Counted from the first letter of the whole stretch, positions 47,125 through 58,643 are shown. The stretch is 62,545 bases of DNA, filler included, from 5 parts of 5 records of this genome joined end to end with filler, not necessarily neighbours in it, one strand, 5' to 3'. The notes: a model not told the origin generated them from the sequence alone. Numbers and translations: made by a program.

Positions 47125-48333
47125 ATGATGAAAGCCAAAAAAACCGTTTTTACCTTAACCCTTTTTGTTTTATCCATGCTTTTTCTGTTGCGCCCTCTAC
47201 CCTCTTTTTCAGAGGAACCACCTCAAAAACTGGCCATCCTTCCCTTCACCATGAATTCCGACCGCGACCTTAATTTTCTTCGGGAAGGGATCATGGACAT
47301 GCTGAGTTCCAGGCTCGCCTGGAAAGACAAACTGGAAATCATTGAAAAGGGTGTCGTCAAAAAGGAATTTGCAGCCGTACCGGGCCCCATGAATGAGGAA
47401 AAAGCGCTCAAAATCGGAAAGGCCCTTGGGGCAGACTATACTATTTTCGGCAGCCTGACCGTGTTTGGAGAAAGCGTCAGCCTGGATGCCAAAATCCTGG
47501 ATGTGAAAAATTCCGAAGTCCTCATCACCGCCTACGACCAGTCCAAGGGGATGGACGGGGTCATTCCCACCGTCAACCAGTTCGCGGAAAACATCAACGC
47601 GAAAATCATGGGAAAAGATATCCCTTATCAGGAACACAGGCCCGGTGAATTTGCCCAACAAGGTCGTGACGAGGGTGCCCTGATCAACGTGGGCAAGGAT
47701 GCGTCAGGTTCTTCTCACAAAAAGCCTTCCTTCGTTAAACGGTTTAAGCTTGAAATCAGAGGCCTGGACGTGGGGGACCTGGACGGCGATGGTAAAACCG
47801 AAATGGTTTTCATCGATAAAACGAATGTTTACGTTTACAAATGGCAAAAAAAAGGGCCCTACCTTTTTAAAACCATTGAAGGCACCTGGTCTCCCAATTA
47901 CATCTACATGAATGTGGCGGATCTTGACGGTAACGGCAAGGCTGAGATCTACGTCTGTAATCTCACCGCAACCAATGCCGGTTCCTTTGTCCTGGAATGG
48001 GACGGTGCAAAATTCAAGGAGATTATCCGTGATCAGACATGGCTCATCCGCGTGGTGGATCTGCCGGGCAAAGGGAAGGTGCTCCTGGGCCAAAGACGAA
48101 ACGCCGAGGGGAATTATATTGGAGGTGTTCACATCCTGAAACGCCAGGGAACAGACCTTGTTTCAGCAGGGACCCTTAACCTTCCCCGTTTCAACAATGT
48201 GTTCAATTTTATTCAGTGCGATCTTTCGGGAAAAGGATCTGTTTTCACGACGCTACTAGGTCCCTGGGAACATCTGCAGGTATACAACCCGACCGGGGAA
48301 CGTTTGTGGAAAAGCGACGACTATTTCGGCGGA
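47125..48333 (+). CDS. Exported FG-GAP/VCBS-repeat protein (3' truncated)
   Basis: Signal peptide, TolB-N-like LAILPF domain, GDLDGDG and ADLDGNG repeats. Confidence 0.8.
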
Positions 48334-48433
48334 NNNNNNNNNNNNNNNNNNNNNNNNNNNNNNNNNNNNNNNNNNNNTTAATTAATTAANNNNNNNNNNN
48401 NNNNNNNNNNNNNNNNNNNNNNNNNNNNNNNNN
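48334..48433. other. Artificial contig linker
   Basis: N-run + TTAATTAATTAA + N-run. Confidence 0.98.
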
Positions 48434-49331
48434 GAAGATGGTCGAGAACATGGAGGCCAGGGGCGGCGTGGTTGCGGAAGGGTGCCATCCCGGCTGCATC
48501 ATGAAGTGTTCCCAGGCCTACCATGACAAGGACGGCAAGTACCTCACCTCCGGATTCGAGTACGAGACCCTCTGGGCCTTTGGCGCCCACTGCCTGATCA
48601 AGGACCTGGACGACATCGCCATGATGGACCGTCTCTGTGACGACTTTGGTGTGGACACCATCGACACCGGTGTTGCCATCGGTATGGCCATGGAGGGAGG
48701 TCTCATCGAGTGGGGCGACAGCAAGGCCGCCGTGGAACTTGTCAAGGAGATCGGCCAGGGAACCCCCATGGGCAAGATCCTCGGCAACGGCACCGCATTC
48801 ACGGCGGACGCCCTGGGTGTGGACCGGATTCCCGCTGTCAAGCGCCAGGCCTTCCCCGCCTATGACCCGAGATCGGTCAAGGGTGTGGGCGTCACCTATG
48901 CAACCACCCCCATGGGTGCCGACCATACTGCCGGCTACGGTGTTACGGCCAACATCCTCGCCGTGGGCGGCTCCATTGACGCCCTGAAAAAAGAGGGCAA
49001 CCTGGAGCTGTCCAGGAACCTCCAGATCGCCACGGCCGCCATTGACGCGGCAGGCCTCTGCCTCTTTGTCGCCTTTGCCGTCCTTGACAACGAGGACGGG
49101 GTCCAGACCATCGTTGACATGCTCAACGCCCAGTACGGCCTCAGCCTTACTCCGGACGACGTGGTCAGCCTTGGTCAGTCCATCCTCAACGACGAGAAGG
49201 AGTTCAACCGCCGGGCCGGTTTCACCAAGAAAGACGACCAGCTCCCGGAGATGTTCAAGGAGACCTTTCCTCCCCACGACACCACCTGGGATTTCTCAAC
49301 CGACGAGCTCCAGGAGACCCTGAAGTTCTAA
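48434..49331 (+). CDS. aor: Tungsten aldehyde:ferredoxin oxidoreductase, C-terminal part (5' truncated)
   Basis: GCHPGCIMKC, EYET, CDDFGVDTI, YDPR, MGADH. Confidence 0.9.
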
Positions 49332-49364
49332 GGCTGACGCCTGGTAATAAATAAAAGAAGACCC

Positions 49365-49396
49365 AAAAAAGGGGGGGCGCTTGCCCTCCCTTTTTT
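49365..49396 (+). terminator. Intrinsic terminator after aor
   Basis: AAAAAAGGGGGGGC-GCTT-GCCCTCCCTTTTTT. Confidence 0.85.
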
Positions 49397-49506
49397 GTTT
49401 GCCCGGTTCCAGGGGGCAAAAGTGTCCCTTGATCTTGTGTCCCTGGTGCTGTAAAAGGCTTCCATGAAATTACAATGGACGACCGCCACTGACCTAAAAG
49501 AGGAGA

Positions 49507-52176
49507 ATGCCCGGCATGGCCGCTGAGAAAGGCAAGGAACTGAATGTGGAGATCATGCCCACCCATGACCTCCGGCTCACCTGGGAGAGCTGTGTCGGGC
49601 GGATCGGCAAGAAGCGGCAGCTGCTGAACCTGGAGATCTCCAAGCGATATGCCGGCAACCATCCGGAGTGGCTGCTCTTTCTCGGCTGTTCCGATCCGAA
49701 AATCGCCCTTTCTCCCTCCCTGGACTTCTTCAGGGGGCTTTCACGGCTGTTTGTGGAAAAGCTCAGGAAGAGGCCCGATTTGGAAGCGCTCCGGGAACAG
49801 GCCTTCGTTGAATACGACGAGCATGAACTCCTGGACCTTGTCCATGCCGCTCCCTTGATGGTCGGGTCCGAGTACCTGAACCTGGAATTCATGATCCGTG
49901 TGTGGAATGAGTTCAACCACGGGTTCAGCCAGGGGATCAAAGCGTACAAGGGAAGTGTCACAGGGTACTTCCAGGATTTCAGCCCCCACATTCATCTGGC
50001 CGGACGGGTTTATTTTCATCTGGTGGAGAGCCGGGAGGAGGAGTATCCGTTCCAGTTCCTTGCCACCTACACCGACAGGGATACGGCCAAGCACCGGCCC
50101 CTCCACTGGGCCCTGGAAGCGTACAGGGATGACCGGGACCGGATGATCAAGCTGCTCACCACGGTCCATGCCGCGGCAAAGAAAAGCGATCTCCTCCAGG
50201 AGCTCCTGGACACGGGTGAACTCTTTCACCACCTTGCCTGGGACGCCCGGGACGCGTTTGCGTTCCTGAAGCAGGTGGAACACTTTGAGCAGTGCGGCAT
50301 CATCTGCCGCATTCCCGACTGGTGGAAAACGCGGGGCTCGAAAACCGCCCTCAAGATAAGCCTTGGCACCAAGGCGCCGTCCCTGGTCGGCATAAACGCC
50401 CTCATCGATGTGGATGCCGCCCTCTTTATCGGGGACGATCCCATCTCTCCCGAAGAGGTGCGGGCGCTCCTCCGCCAGAGCCATGGGTTGGCCTGGATCA
50501 AGAACAGATGGATCGAGGTGGACAAGGAGCGCCTCAAGAACCTGCTTTCCGCCTATGAGGCCGCCATGGAGATGACAGGGGACGCGGCCCTTTCCATAAG
50601 CGAGGCCTTGCAATTGCAGCTTCACCCCGAAAGACTGGCTGCCATTGAAAACCTCACGGATCTTGAGATCTCCAATGGCCAATGGCTGGACCAGGTGGTT
50701 GCCAGGCTCAAGCGGCCGGAGTTGGTAAAAGCGGTCAAGCCCGGCAAGGGGTTCTCGGCAGAACTTCGCCCATACCAGCAGAACGGACTGAACTGGCTTG
50801 CCTTTCTGGACAGCCTTGGATTCGGCGCCTGTCTTGCCGATGACATGGGCCTTGGCAAAACCGTGCAGGTGTTGGCCTTCCTGAGTGTGCTGAAGGCTAA
50901 AGAACCGGGCCGGACCTCCCTTTTGATCGTTCCCGCTTCCCTTCTCTCAAACTGGGAGGGGGAGATCCGCCGGTTCCTGCCGGACCTCAATTATCTTATG
51001 GCCCATCCCGGGTACAAAAAGGAGAAACGGGGGAAAGACAGCCCGGCGGTCCAATGGCAGGCGTTTGACCTTGTCATCACCACCTACGCCATGGTCCAGC
51101 GCCATGGATGGATGCACGAGGTGCCATGGCGGGCGCTGATCCTGGATGAGGCCCAGGCCATCAAGAATCCCGTAACCAAGCAGTCAAAGATCGTTAAACA
51201 GCTGTCTTCTGAGATCCGGATCACCATGACCGGCACCCCCATCGAGAATTCCCTGTCCGATCTCTGGTCCCTGTTTGATTTCATCAACCCGGGACTGCTG
51301 GGAAGTGCCGCCGAGTTCAAGGCCTTTTCAAAGTCACTCAAATCTGATCCCGCCGGCTACGGCCGGTTGAAGCGGGTGGTCTCCCCTTATATATTGCGGC
51401 GGATGAAGACCGACAAGCGCATTGCACCGGATCTTCCGGACAAGGTGGAGATGCGGACATTCCCTGAGCTCTCCAGGCAGCAGCGGGTGCTTTACATGGA
51501 TTTTGTCCGGGAGCTTGAAAAACGGCTGGCGGAATCGGAGTCGGGGATCCAGCGAAAAGGGCTTGTCCTTTCGGCCCTCATGAAGTTCAAGCAGATCTGC
51601 AACCATCCGGACCAGTTCCTTGGCACCGGCGATTTCTCCCCCCGGGAGAGCGGGAAATTCGAGCGCCTTGGCCAGCTTTGTGAGATCATCCACTCAAAGC
51701 GGGAACGGGTGCTGGTGTTTACCCAGTTTAAAGAGATGGTGGCCCCCATTCAACGCTTTCTTGCGACTGTGTTCGGGCAGCAGGGGGGCGTCCTCCACGG
51801 CAGTCTCAGTGTCAGGAAGCGGCAGCAGGCCATTGACCTGTTCCAGGGCAGGGAGTATCTTCCCTTTATGGTGCTCTCCCTCAAGGCCGGGGGAACCGGG
51901 CTCAACCTCACCCGGGCCAACCATGTGATCCATTTTGACCGGTGGTGGAACCCGGCCGTGGAGAATCAGGCAACGGACCGGGCCTTTCGCATCGGCCAGA
52001 CAAAGGGGGTGGTTGTGCACAAGTTCGTCACCAAAGGCACCATTGAAGAGAAGATCGATCTTATGATAGAGCAGAAAAAGGCGCTTGCCGACCAGATCAT
52101 CACCGATTCCCAAGGCTCCTGGATTACGGAGATGGGCGACCGGGAGCTTATGGAATTGTTCACCCTTAAGATTTAA
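49507..52176 (+). CDS. SNF2-family ATPase (YwqA/SSO1653-like)
   Basis: LADDMGLGKT, LDEAQAIKN, TGTPIEN, KQICNHP, WWNPAVENQATDRAFRIGQ. Confidence 0.95.
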   Translation: MPGMAAEKGKELNVEIMPTHDLRLTWESCVGRIGKKRQLLNLEISKRYAGNHPEWLLFLGCSDPKIALSPSLDFFRGLSRLFVEKLRKRPDLEALREQAFVEYDEHELLDLVHAAPLMVGSEYLNLEFMIRVWNEFNHGFSQGIKAYKGSVTGYFQDFSPHIHLAGRVYFHLVESREEEYPFQFLATYTDRDTAKHRPLHWALEAYRDDRDRMIKLLTTVHAAAKKSDLLQELLDTGELFHHLAWDARDAFAFLKQVEHFEQCGIICRIPDWWKTRGSKTALKISLGTKAPSLVGINALIDVDAALFIGDDPISPEEVRALLRQSHGLAWIKNRWIEVDKERLKNLLSAYEAAMEMTGDAALSISEALQLQLHPERLAAIENLTDLEISNGQWLDQVVARLKRPELVKAVKPGKGFSAELRPYQQNGLNWLAFLDSLGFGACLADDMGLGKTVQVLAFLSVLKAKEPGRTSLLIVPASLLSNWEGEIRRFLPDLNYLMAHPGYKKEKRGKDSPAVQWQAFDLVITTYAMVQRHGWMHEVPWRALILDEAQAIKNPVTKQSKIVKQLSSEIRITMTGTPIENSLSDLWSLFDFINPGLLGSAAEFKAFSKSLKSDPAGYGRLKRVVSPYILRRMKTDKRIAPDLPDKVEMRTFPELSRQQRVLYMDFVRELEKRLAESESGIQRKGLVLSALMKFKQICNHPDQFLGTGDFSPRESGKFERLGQLCEIIHSKRERVLVFTQFKEMVAPIQRFLATVFGQQGGVLHGSLSVRKRQQAIDLFQGREYLPFMVLSLKAGGTGLNLTRANHVIHFDRWWNPAVENQATDRAFRIGQTKGVVVHKFVTKGTIEEKIDLMIEQKKALADQIITDSQGSWITEMGDRELMELFTLKI

Positions 52177-52198
52177 CATTAATCCAGGCGAGGCAGGA

Positions 52199-53278
52199 AT
52201 GGGTCGTTACAGGTATGGATTCCCAAAATATGTGAGTGTGGCTGAGAAACGGGCAAAGGCCGAGAAGAAACTCAAGCAGCTGAAGAAGAAAAAAACGGAT
52301 ATCGCTCCCATTGAGATAAAGGGACGAAAGCTTGCCGAGTCCTGGTGGGGCATCTCCTGGAACAGGAATCTCGAAAGCTATGCCGACTTTTCCAACCGCA
52401 TTGGAAGGGGCCGGTCCTATGTGCGCCACGGTGCGGTGCTGGACCTCAAGATCGAAGAGGGCAGGATCACCTCCCTTGTCCAGGGCTCCGCATCCAGTCC
52501 CTACACCGTGGAGATCTCCATCAAAAAACTGAAACCCAAGGTCTGGAAAACCATCATCCGGGAGTGCCGGGGGGAGATCGGCTCCCTTGGGCTGCTGGTG
52601 GAAGGAAAACTGCCCAAGGCCATGGCGGCCGTGTTGACTGATCCTGAAAACGGGATCTTTCCTTCCCCGTCGGAGATCCGTTTTGATTGCTCCTGCCCGG
52701 ACTGGGCGTTGATGTGCAAGCATGTGGCCGCTACCCTCTATGGCGTGGGCGCACGGCTTGACCAGGACCCCGCCCTGTTTTTCACCCTCAGGGGGGTGAA
52801 GATGGAAGACCTTGTTTCCCAGGCGGTCAAGGACGAGGCGGATGCGCTGATCAAACGAGCCAAATCAAAGGGGTCCAGGCGGATCATCCAGGACGCCGAC
52901 CTGTCATCGGCCTTTGGCATCGATATGGACGATCTGCCGGCGCCCCCAAAAAAACGATCCAAGCCAAAGAAAAAGGCTGCCGGGACAGTCAGGACCGTGG
53001 CAGTCCCGGTAAAGGGCAGGAAAAAACCGGAAAAGAAGAGCACCGGGAGCGTTGCACTGTCAAAAAAGCGCAAAAAAATCTCCGCAAAAAAGGGAACCGA
53101 CTACGATATCGTGGTGGCCATCATACGGAGAAGGCGGGTTACAGGGATTGGTGTCAAGGAGATCAAAGAGCGCACCGCCATGGAGGAAACAAAGATCCGG
53201 AACATCATCTATCGGGCAAGGCAGAAGAACGAGATTCAAACTATCAGCCGCGGCTTCTACATCAAGGGAGAAAAATAG
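52199..53278 (+). CDS. SWIM zinc-finger protein (YwqB-like) with Lys-rich linker and C-terminal wHTH-like domain
   Basis: RIGRGRSY, VQGS..PY, CSCPDWALMCKH; start ATG 52199. Confidence 0.88.
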   Translation: MGRYRYGFPKYVSVAEKRAKAEKKLKQLKKKKTDIAPIEIKGRKLAESWWGISWNRNLESYADFSNRIGRGRSYVRHGAVLDLKIEEGRITSLVQGSASSPYTVEISIKKLKPKVWKTIIRECRGEIGSLGLLVEGKLPKAMAAVLTDPENGIFPSPSEIRFDCSCPDWALMCKHVAATLYGVGARLDQDPALFFTLRGVKMEDLVSQAVKDEADALIKRAKSKGSRRIIQDADLSSAFGIDMDDLPAPPKKRSKPKKKAAGTVRTVAVPVKGRKKPEKKSTGSVALSKKRKKISAKKGTDYDIVVAIIRRRRVTGIGVKEIKERTAMEETKIRNIIYRARQKNEIQTISRGFYIKGEK

Positions 53279-54439
53279 GTGTCCATGGCCAAAAAACTGA
53301 CGGGGAACCCCATGTACGTCTACCTGATGGTGCTCACCATTGCCGCCACTGCGGGGCTCCATGTATGGCGAACCCTGTTTGACAATTTTGCCGTGAATAC
53401 GGTTAACCTGGACGGCCACCATATCGGCGTTTTGCAATCCATCCGGGAGATTCCGGGATTTCTTGCTTTGCTGGTGGTGTATCTTCTGTTTATCATCAGG
53501 GAACACAAGCTCTCCGCCCTCTCCATCGTGGTGCTCGGGATCGGTGTGTCAGTAACGGGGCTCTTTCCCTCCTTTTACGGGCTGATCCTCACCACCCTGG
53601 TGATGAGCTTTGGATTTCACTATTTCGAAACCACGAACAAATCCCTGACCCTCCAGTATTTTGATCAGGATACCGCTCCCTTGGTATTTGGCAAACTGAG
53701 AAGCTATGCCGCCGTGAGCAATATGGCCGCAGGCGCCATGATCTTCATGGCCGCGTCTTTTCTCTCCTACACCCAGCTCTACCTGGTATTCGGCTGTTTC
53801 GTTGTGGGTGCCGGGGCATGGGCCTTTCTGAAAAATCCCGCTTCTGAGGGGATGACACCCCAGCATCGGAAGATGATCCTGAAAAGGCGATACTGGCTTT
53901 ACTATCTCCTGACCTTCATGGCCGGTGCCAGGCGCCAGATCTTCATCGCCTTTGCCGTATTCCTCCTTGTGAAGAAATTTGATTTTTCCGTACAGGCCAT
54001 TGCGGCCCTGTTTTTTTTTAACAATGTGGTCAACTATTTTCTGAGCCCGTTCATCGGCAGGTGCATCATCCGGTTCGGCGAGAGAAAAGTGCTTTCTCTT
54101 GAATACCTGAGCCTGATCTTCATTTTCATCGCCTATGCCCTGGTGGACTCAAAGGTGCTGGTGGCTCTGCTCTATGTGGCGGACCATATCTTTTTCAACT
54201 TTGCCATTGCCATCAACACCTTTTTTCAGAAGATTGCCGATCCCAGGGATATTGCTCCGAGCATGGCCGTGGGGTTCACCATCAACCATATTGCGGCGGT
54301 GGTGCTGCCGACCATCGGCGGGATGCTGTGGCTCGTGGACTACCGGATTCCCTTTATCGGGGGGGCCGTATTGAGCCTTATCTCCCTTGGGCTGGTACAG
54401 CTGATCACAGGAGAGCTGGAAAAGAGCAAAGTTTCCTGA
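53279..54439 (+). CDS. MFS transporter
   Basis: About 12 TM; REIPGFL, GARRQIF, GFTINHIAAV. Confidence 0.85.
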   Translation: MSMAKKLTGNPMYVYLMVLTIAATAGLHVWRTLFDNFAVNTVNLDGHHIGVLQSIREIPGFLALLVVYLLFIIREHKLSALSIVVLGIGVSVTGLFPSFYGLILTTLVMSFGFHYFETTNKSLTLQYFDQDTAPLVFGKLRSYAAVSNMAAGAMIFMAASFLSYTQLYLVFGCFVVGAGAWAFLKNPASEGMTPQHRKMILKRRYWLYYLLTFMAGARRQIFIAFAVFLLVKKFDFSVQAIAALFFFNNVVNYFLSPFIGRCIIRFGERKVLSLEYLSLIFIFIAYALVDSKVLVALLYVADHIFFNFAIAINTFFQKIADPRDIAPSMAVGFTINHIAAVVLPTIGGMLWLVDYRIPFIGGAVLSLISLGLVQLITGELEKSKVS

Positions 54440-54533
54440 TGCCGGCGGTCAGTCTATCTTTTTTCATTTAATTCTGATATTCACCTCCAGCTGATGAAAT
54501 CCGTGTAACTGATATCAATGACTAAAGGGAGTT

Positions 54534-55940
54534 ATGAAAAAAGGAACCGATTTAACAGAGGGGAACATTCTGCCCAAAATAATTGGCCTGACCCTGCCGA
54601 TTATCGGGACCTCTTTTGTCCAGATGGCGTACAATCTTACCGATGTGATCTGGCTGGGCCGGAGCGGATCGGCAACGGTGACGGCCGTCACCACCGCCGG
54701 TTTTTTCATGTGGCTGCTTTTGAGTATCTTTTACTGCACCAAAGCCGGTACCGAAACCCTGGTTGCCCAGGCGGTGGGGAAAAAAGATCTGAAAATGGCC
54801 GGGCGGGTCGCTGAAAATGCATCCACCTTTGCCATCTATGGTTCCATCTTGCTCAACCTGTTGGTACTGGCCAGTTCCGGTCATCTGCTCAATTTCTTCA
54901 AGCTTGCACCGGAGGTGATGGGGCAAGCCCTGGGGTATCTGAGACTTGTTTCCTTTGGGATGTTCTTTGCCGTGATAAATCCCACTTTCAGCGCGGTCTT
55001 TATCGGATTTGGCAACAGCCGGACCCCGTTTGTCGTGAGTTCAATGGGACTGGGGTTGAACATTGTCCTTGACCCCATATTGATTTTCGGATTGGGGCCG
55101 ATCCCGGCCCTGGGGGCCAACGGCGCCGCCATGGCCACCGTGTTTGCCAATGTGCTGGTCTTTTCGGTGTTCCTGTTTCAGCTGAAATCCGGCAACTCCG
55201 TACTGAAACGGTTCCGGCTGTTTGCTCCCATGGACAAAAAGATCCTGGGTAACCTGTTAACGATCGGCATTCCCGTCACCATTCAACAGGTGGCCTTTTG
55301 TTTGATCTCCATGTATATTGGCAGGATCGTCTCCGCCTTTGGTACCATTCCCCTGGGGGTCCAGAATGTGGGGGCAAGCATCGAGGCATTGTCCTGGAAT
55401 ACCGCCTTGGGGTTTTCCACCGCCCTGGGGGCGTTTACCGGTCAGAATTACGGTGCGTTCAAATTCGACCGGATCAGGAAAGGTTACTTTATCGTTCTCT
55501 CTTTGAGCCTCAGTCTGGGGCTTGTGGCGACCCTGGGGTTTTATTTTTTCGGGGACCGGATTTTTTCATTGTTTACCCGTGAACCGGTCATGGAAGCGAC
55601 CGGGGCGCAGTATCTTAAAATTCTTGCGATATCACAAATGTTCATGTGCCTTGAAATTATTTCAGCCGGCGGGTTTTATGGGTTGGGAAGAACACGGCCG
55701 CCCTCACTGACAAGTGTCCTCTTCACCGGATTGAGAATTCCGGCGGCCCTTGTGGTGGTGGCTTTTACCCCCTGGGGATATGCCGGGGTGTGGTGGTGTA
55801 TCAGCATCAGCAGCGTGTTCAAAGGGGTGATCGTGTCATCGTGGTATATGGTTGTCTTGAACGCCTTATCCCGGGTGGATTTGGGATTTCCCCACAACCC
55901 GTTGCCCGTTGAAGATAAGTTGTTGACGTCAAATCAATGA
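54534..55940 (+). CDS. MATE-family efflux transporter
   Basis: DLTEG, YNLTDVIWLG, NIVLDPILIFG, GAAMAT, GQNYGA. Confidence 0.92.
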   Translation: MKKGTDLTEGNILPKIIGLTLPIIGTSFVQMAYNLTDVIWLGRSGSATVTAVTTAGFFMWLLLSIFYCTKAGTETLVAQAVGKKDLKMAGRVAENASTFAIYGSILLNLLVLASSGHLLNFFKLAPEVMGQALGYLRLVSFGMFFAVINPTFSAVFIGFGNSRTPFVVSSMGLGLNIVLDPILIFGLGPIPALGANGAAMATVFANVLVFSVFLFQLKSGNSVLKRFRLFAPMDKKILGNLLTIGIPVTIQQVAFCLISMYIGRIVSAFGTIPLGVQNVGASIEALSWNTALGFSTALGAFTGQNYGAFKFDRIRKGYFIVLSLSLSLGLVATLGFYFFGDRIFSLFTREPVMEATGAQYLKILAISQMFMCLEIISAGGFYGLGRTRPPSLTSVLFTGLRIPAALVVVAFTPWGYAGVWWCISISSVFKGVIVSSWYMVVLNALSRVDLGFPHNPLPVEDKLLTSNQ

Positions 55941-56093
55941 TTTTGTATAAAAAAGATCATCCTTTTTTTAATTACCTAGATCAATTACATACGCCCGACC
56001 CTTAGATCTCAAACGGTTTTTACGGCCCTTGGTTAATCCTGAACCCTGCCTGGACACGACTGCATAAACCGTGGCGGATTTATGGAGGGGGTT

Positions 56094-56706
56094 ATGATAA
56101 AAAATGATTACATTCATTTTCAGATAAAACAACTTGCGGCCTCCCTTGAGGCAAATATCAGAAGTTGCCACGATACCCTCAACGAACTCAAGCGGCTCTC
56201 CCAGCTGCTTTTTTCCGAGATCCGGGTCGACCGGTCCGATATCGAGCGCTGGTTTGAAGCCGAGGGGTTTGGCGTGGATGATGCCGGATTCTGGCTCCGG
56301 CTTCCCCTCCAGGAGGCGTTCCGGTCCAACAGGGCACCCGAAGGAGCCATCTCCTACTCCTGGCACCCCGGGCGACGGAACGATCCGGAAGCCTGTTTTC
56401 GCATGTATTGTCTTCGAAATATCGGTACCCACCTGGACGAAATGCGAACCCGGTTGCCGGGCAGTGCCTGGTTCTATTACCAGGATGTGACAAACACCTC
56501 GGTTCAGTTTCCCTATATCGACCAGCGGGAAGCCATCGAACCCGGGTTTGACTGGAGTTCCTACCACACCTTTCTATCGGTGACGCCAGCCAACAATCCG
56601 GAAAGAAAGATACGGTGGACCAAACCGACCATTGATTACGCAGGAGAGGGGCTGATCATTTCGGCCTCGGTTCCCATCTATCTGGCAGATGCGTTCGTGG
56701 GGCTCT
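56094..56706 (+). CDS. Cache/PDC-like sensor domain protein (3' truncated)
   Basis: WTKPTIDYAGEGLIISASVPIY; GGAGG RBS. Confidence 0.65.
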
Positions 56707-56806
56707 NNNNNNNNNNNNNNNNNNNNNNNNNNNNNNNNNNNNNNNNNNNNTTAATTAATTAANNNNNNNNNNNNNNNNNNNNNNNNNNNNNNNNNNNNNN
56801 NNNNNN
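56707..56806. other. Artificial contig linker
   Basis: N-run + TTAATTAATTAA + N-run. Confidence 0.98.
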
Positions 56807-57636
56807 GAGTGCATCATCATCTTTACATCCGGCTTTTTACTCTTGATAAACCGGACAAGCTTCACAAGCCGGGGTTTGATCAGCTCCTTATACATATCCG
56901 GCGAGATCAGAAGGTTGATCTGGGTTCCCATATCGTCCAGCTCCTTGACCACATCAATCCTGTCACCGAAACGGGTAAGCACCTCATCCCAGAAGGCAAT
57001 CTTCATCTCCAGGATCCGGTCCAGCATCCACTCGGCCTTGGCCTCACCCAGGGCCATCGCCATAAGGAAGGTATCGTAGCCCATCAGCTGATTACAAGTC
57101 TGGAAGATCCCGTTTCCAAAGCAGTTATCGAAAACCACAGGAAAAGCCTCGGGATCAACCTGATCCAGATAGGGCGGAATATGGGCAAACCGCCGTTCAT
57201 CACGGGGGTCCGGAAAGGGATAATTCTGGATTTCATCCAGATCGAGACCCCCCAGGGGGTGTTTGAAGATATCGAAGTAAAGCCCCCCGTCCAGAGACTT
57301 CCGCCAGAGCATCCCGAACTCATCGGTGAAGAGCTTATACTCCCCTTCAGTGGTGTATTCAATCTCTGCCCTGTTGGCGGGATAGGGAAATATTCCCCTG
57401 ACATCGGCCCCAACAGCCTCCTGCACATCCTGATCCACCCGGGCAAAACCGGCGGTTTCAAGCATGTAAGCCGCCTCCCGATCGATACAAATACCAAGCT
57501 CATTTTTAAGCGCTCTGTAGGCATTCTGATGAATGGTCGTTTCCATCGTAGCCCCGAAGTCAATCGGAAGCCGGTCCGGCTCGTTATGAGCCAAAGTTGT
57601 CAATACACGTTCTTTTGAAGTCATAATTTTCCCCAT
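56807..57636 (-). CDS. Uroporphyrinogen-decarboxylase/MtaA-CmuA-family protein (3' truncated)
   Basis: MTSKERV..EPDRLP, DEFG..W, DDMGTQ..LISP..IKP, MMHS. Confidence 0.85.
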
Positions 57637-57641
57637 GGCAG

Positions 57642-58628
57642 CTAATGCATCGCCTTGCTGGATCGTGAGGTTATCCGAATTGTCAGCGAGTTGCCGATAA
57701 AGATTAAAAGTCCCAGAATAATAAACTGGTCGTAGAACTCGACATGGAGCCGATCCAGACCTTGAGTCAGAACAGCCAGAAGAATAATACCAATCAGGGT
57801 CCGGAGCACCGAACCTTCTCCACCGGTCATACTTGTTCCCCCGAGGACCACTGCGGCGATAATGATAAGGAGGAGTTTGTCGCCGACACCCGGGATTCCG
57901 GCGCCCAGATTGATAACACTGATAAAGCCGGCTATCCCGGCCAGTAGACCGCTCAGAAGGTAGACACTCATCTCGGTCCTTTCCGTATTGATTCCGGAAT
58001 ACTTGGCCGCCGTCCGGTTGGAGCCGGTCAGAAGAACCCGGCGGCCCCAGAAGGTCTGCTTCAGAAGAATCGTAAAGATTACCACCAGTGCCAGACCGAT
58101 AAGAGTAAAGAGAGGGATGTTCAGGAAATCCTTGAACCCGAATCGGATAAGGTCTTTAGAGGCCTTCACCCCGCGGCCTTCGGACGACATGATAAAGGCA
58201 ACTCCCCGGGCGACAAGGTTGGTACCCATGGTCGTGATAAAAGGTGTCATCCGGCCGTAGCCGATAAGAATTCCATTGATGGCGCCGAAAATCAGACCGA
58301 CGCCTATTGCGGCCAGGACACCGACCAGTACATTGGCCCCGGCCATATCCATCAGTGTCGCGCTGATAACCGCACTGACACTGATCACCGTTGAGACCGA
58401 GAGGTCGATGCCCCCGGTCAGAAGAACGAAGGTTTCTCCTATTGCGGCAACCAGGGAGACCGTATTTCCAGCCATCATAGTCCGGATGGTCCCGGAGGAT
58501 AAAAAGTTATTGGTCGTAAGAGAGAATCCCAGGATCATCACCAGGATGATGGGGATGGTGGGATAACTCTTTACGAAATCACCGAGCCTTGTTTTATAGT
58601 TTATCTTCACAGGTTTCATATCTGCCAT
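57642..58628 (-). CDS. Sugar ABC permease (RbsC family)
   Basis: TGGIDLSV, PFITTMG, AAVVLGGTSMTGGEG. Confidence 0.92.
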   Translation of the reverse strand: MADMKPVKINYKTRLGDFVKSYPTIPIILVMILGFSLTTNNFLSSGTIRTMMAGNTVSLVAAIGETFVLLTGGIDLSVSTVISVSAVISATLMDMAGANVLVGVLAAIGVGLIFGAINGILIGYGRMTPFITTMGTNLVARGVAFIMSSEGRGVKASKDLIRFGFKDFLNIPLFTLIGLALVVIFTILLKQTFWGRRVLLTGSNRTAAKYSGINTERTEMSVYLLSGLLAGIAGFISVINLGAGIPGVGDKLLLIIIAAVVLGGTSMTGGEGSVLRTLIGIILLAVLTQGLDRLHVEFYDQFIILGLLIFIGNSLTIRITSRSSKAMH

Positions 58629-58643
58629 TTAATCCTCCCCTGC

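Noticed and set aside
48378-49277. 299-aa antisense ORF over aor, and other long shadow ORFs such as 49741-50682, 56809-57618 and 59673-60317
   Set aside because: Antisense frames of well-supported genes in GC-rich contigs; no motifs of their own
55968-56093. Riboswitch upstream of the Cache-domain gene
   Set aside because: Short complementary segments only; no recognisable aptamer consensus
12996-56806. Four copies of TTAATTAATTAA within N-runs as a biological repeat
   Set aside because: Identical 100-nt spacers with stops in all frames; assembly concatenation linkers. ORFs running into X residues are truncated genes.
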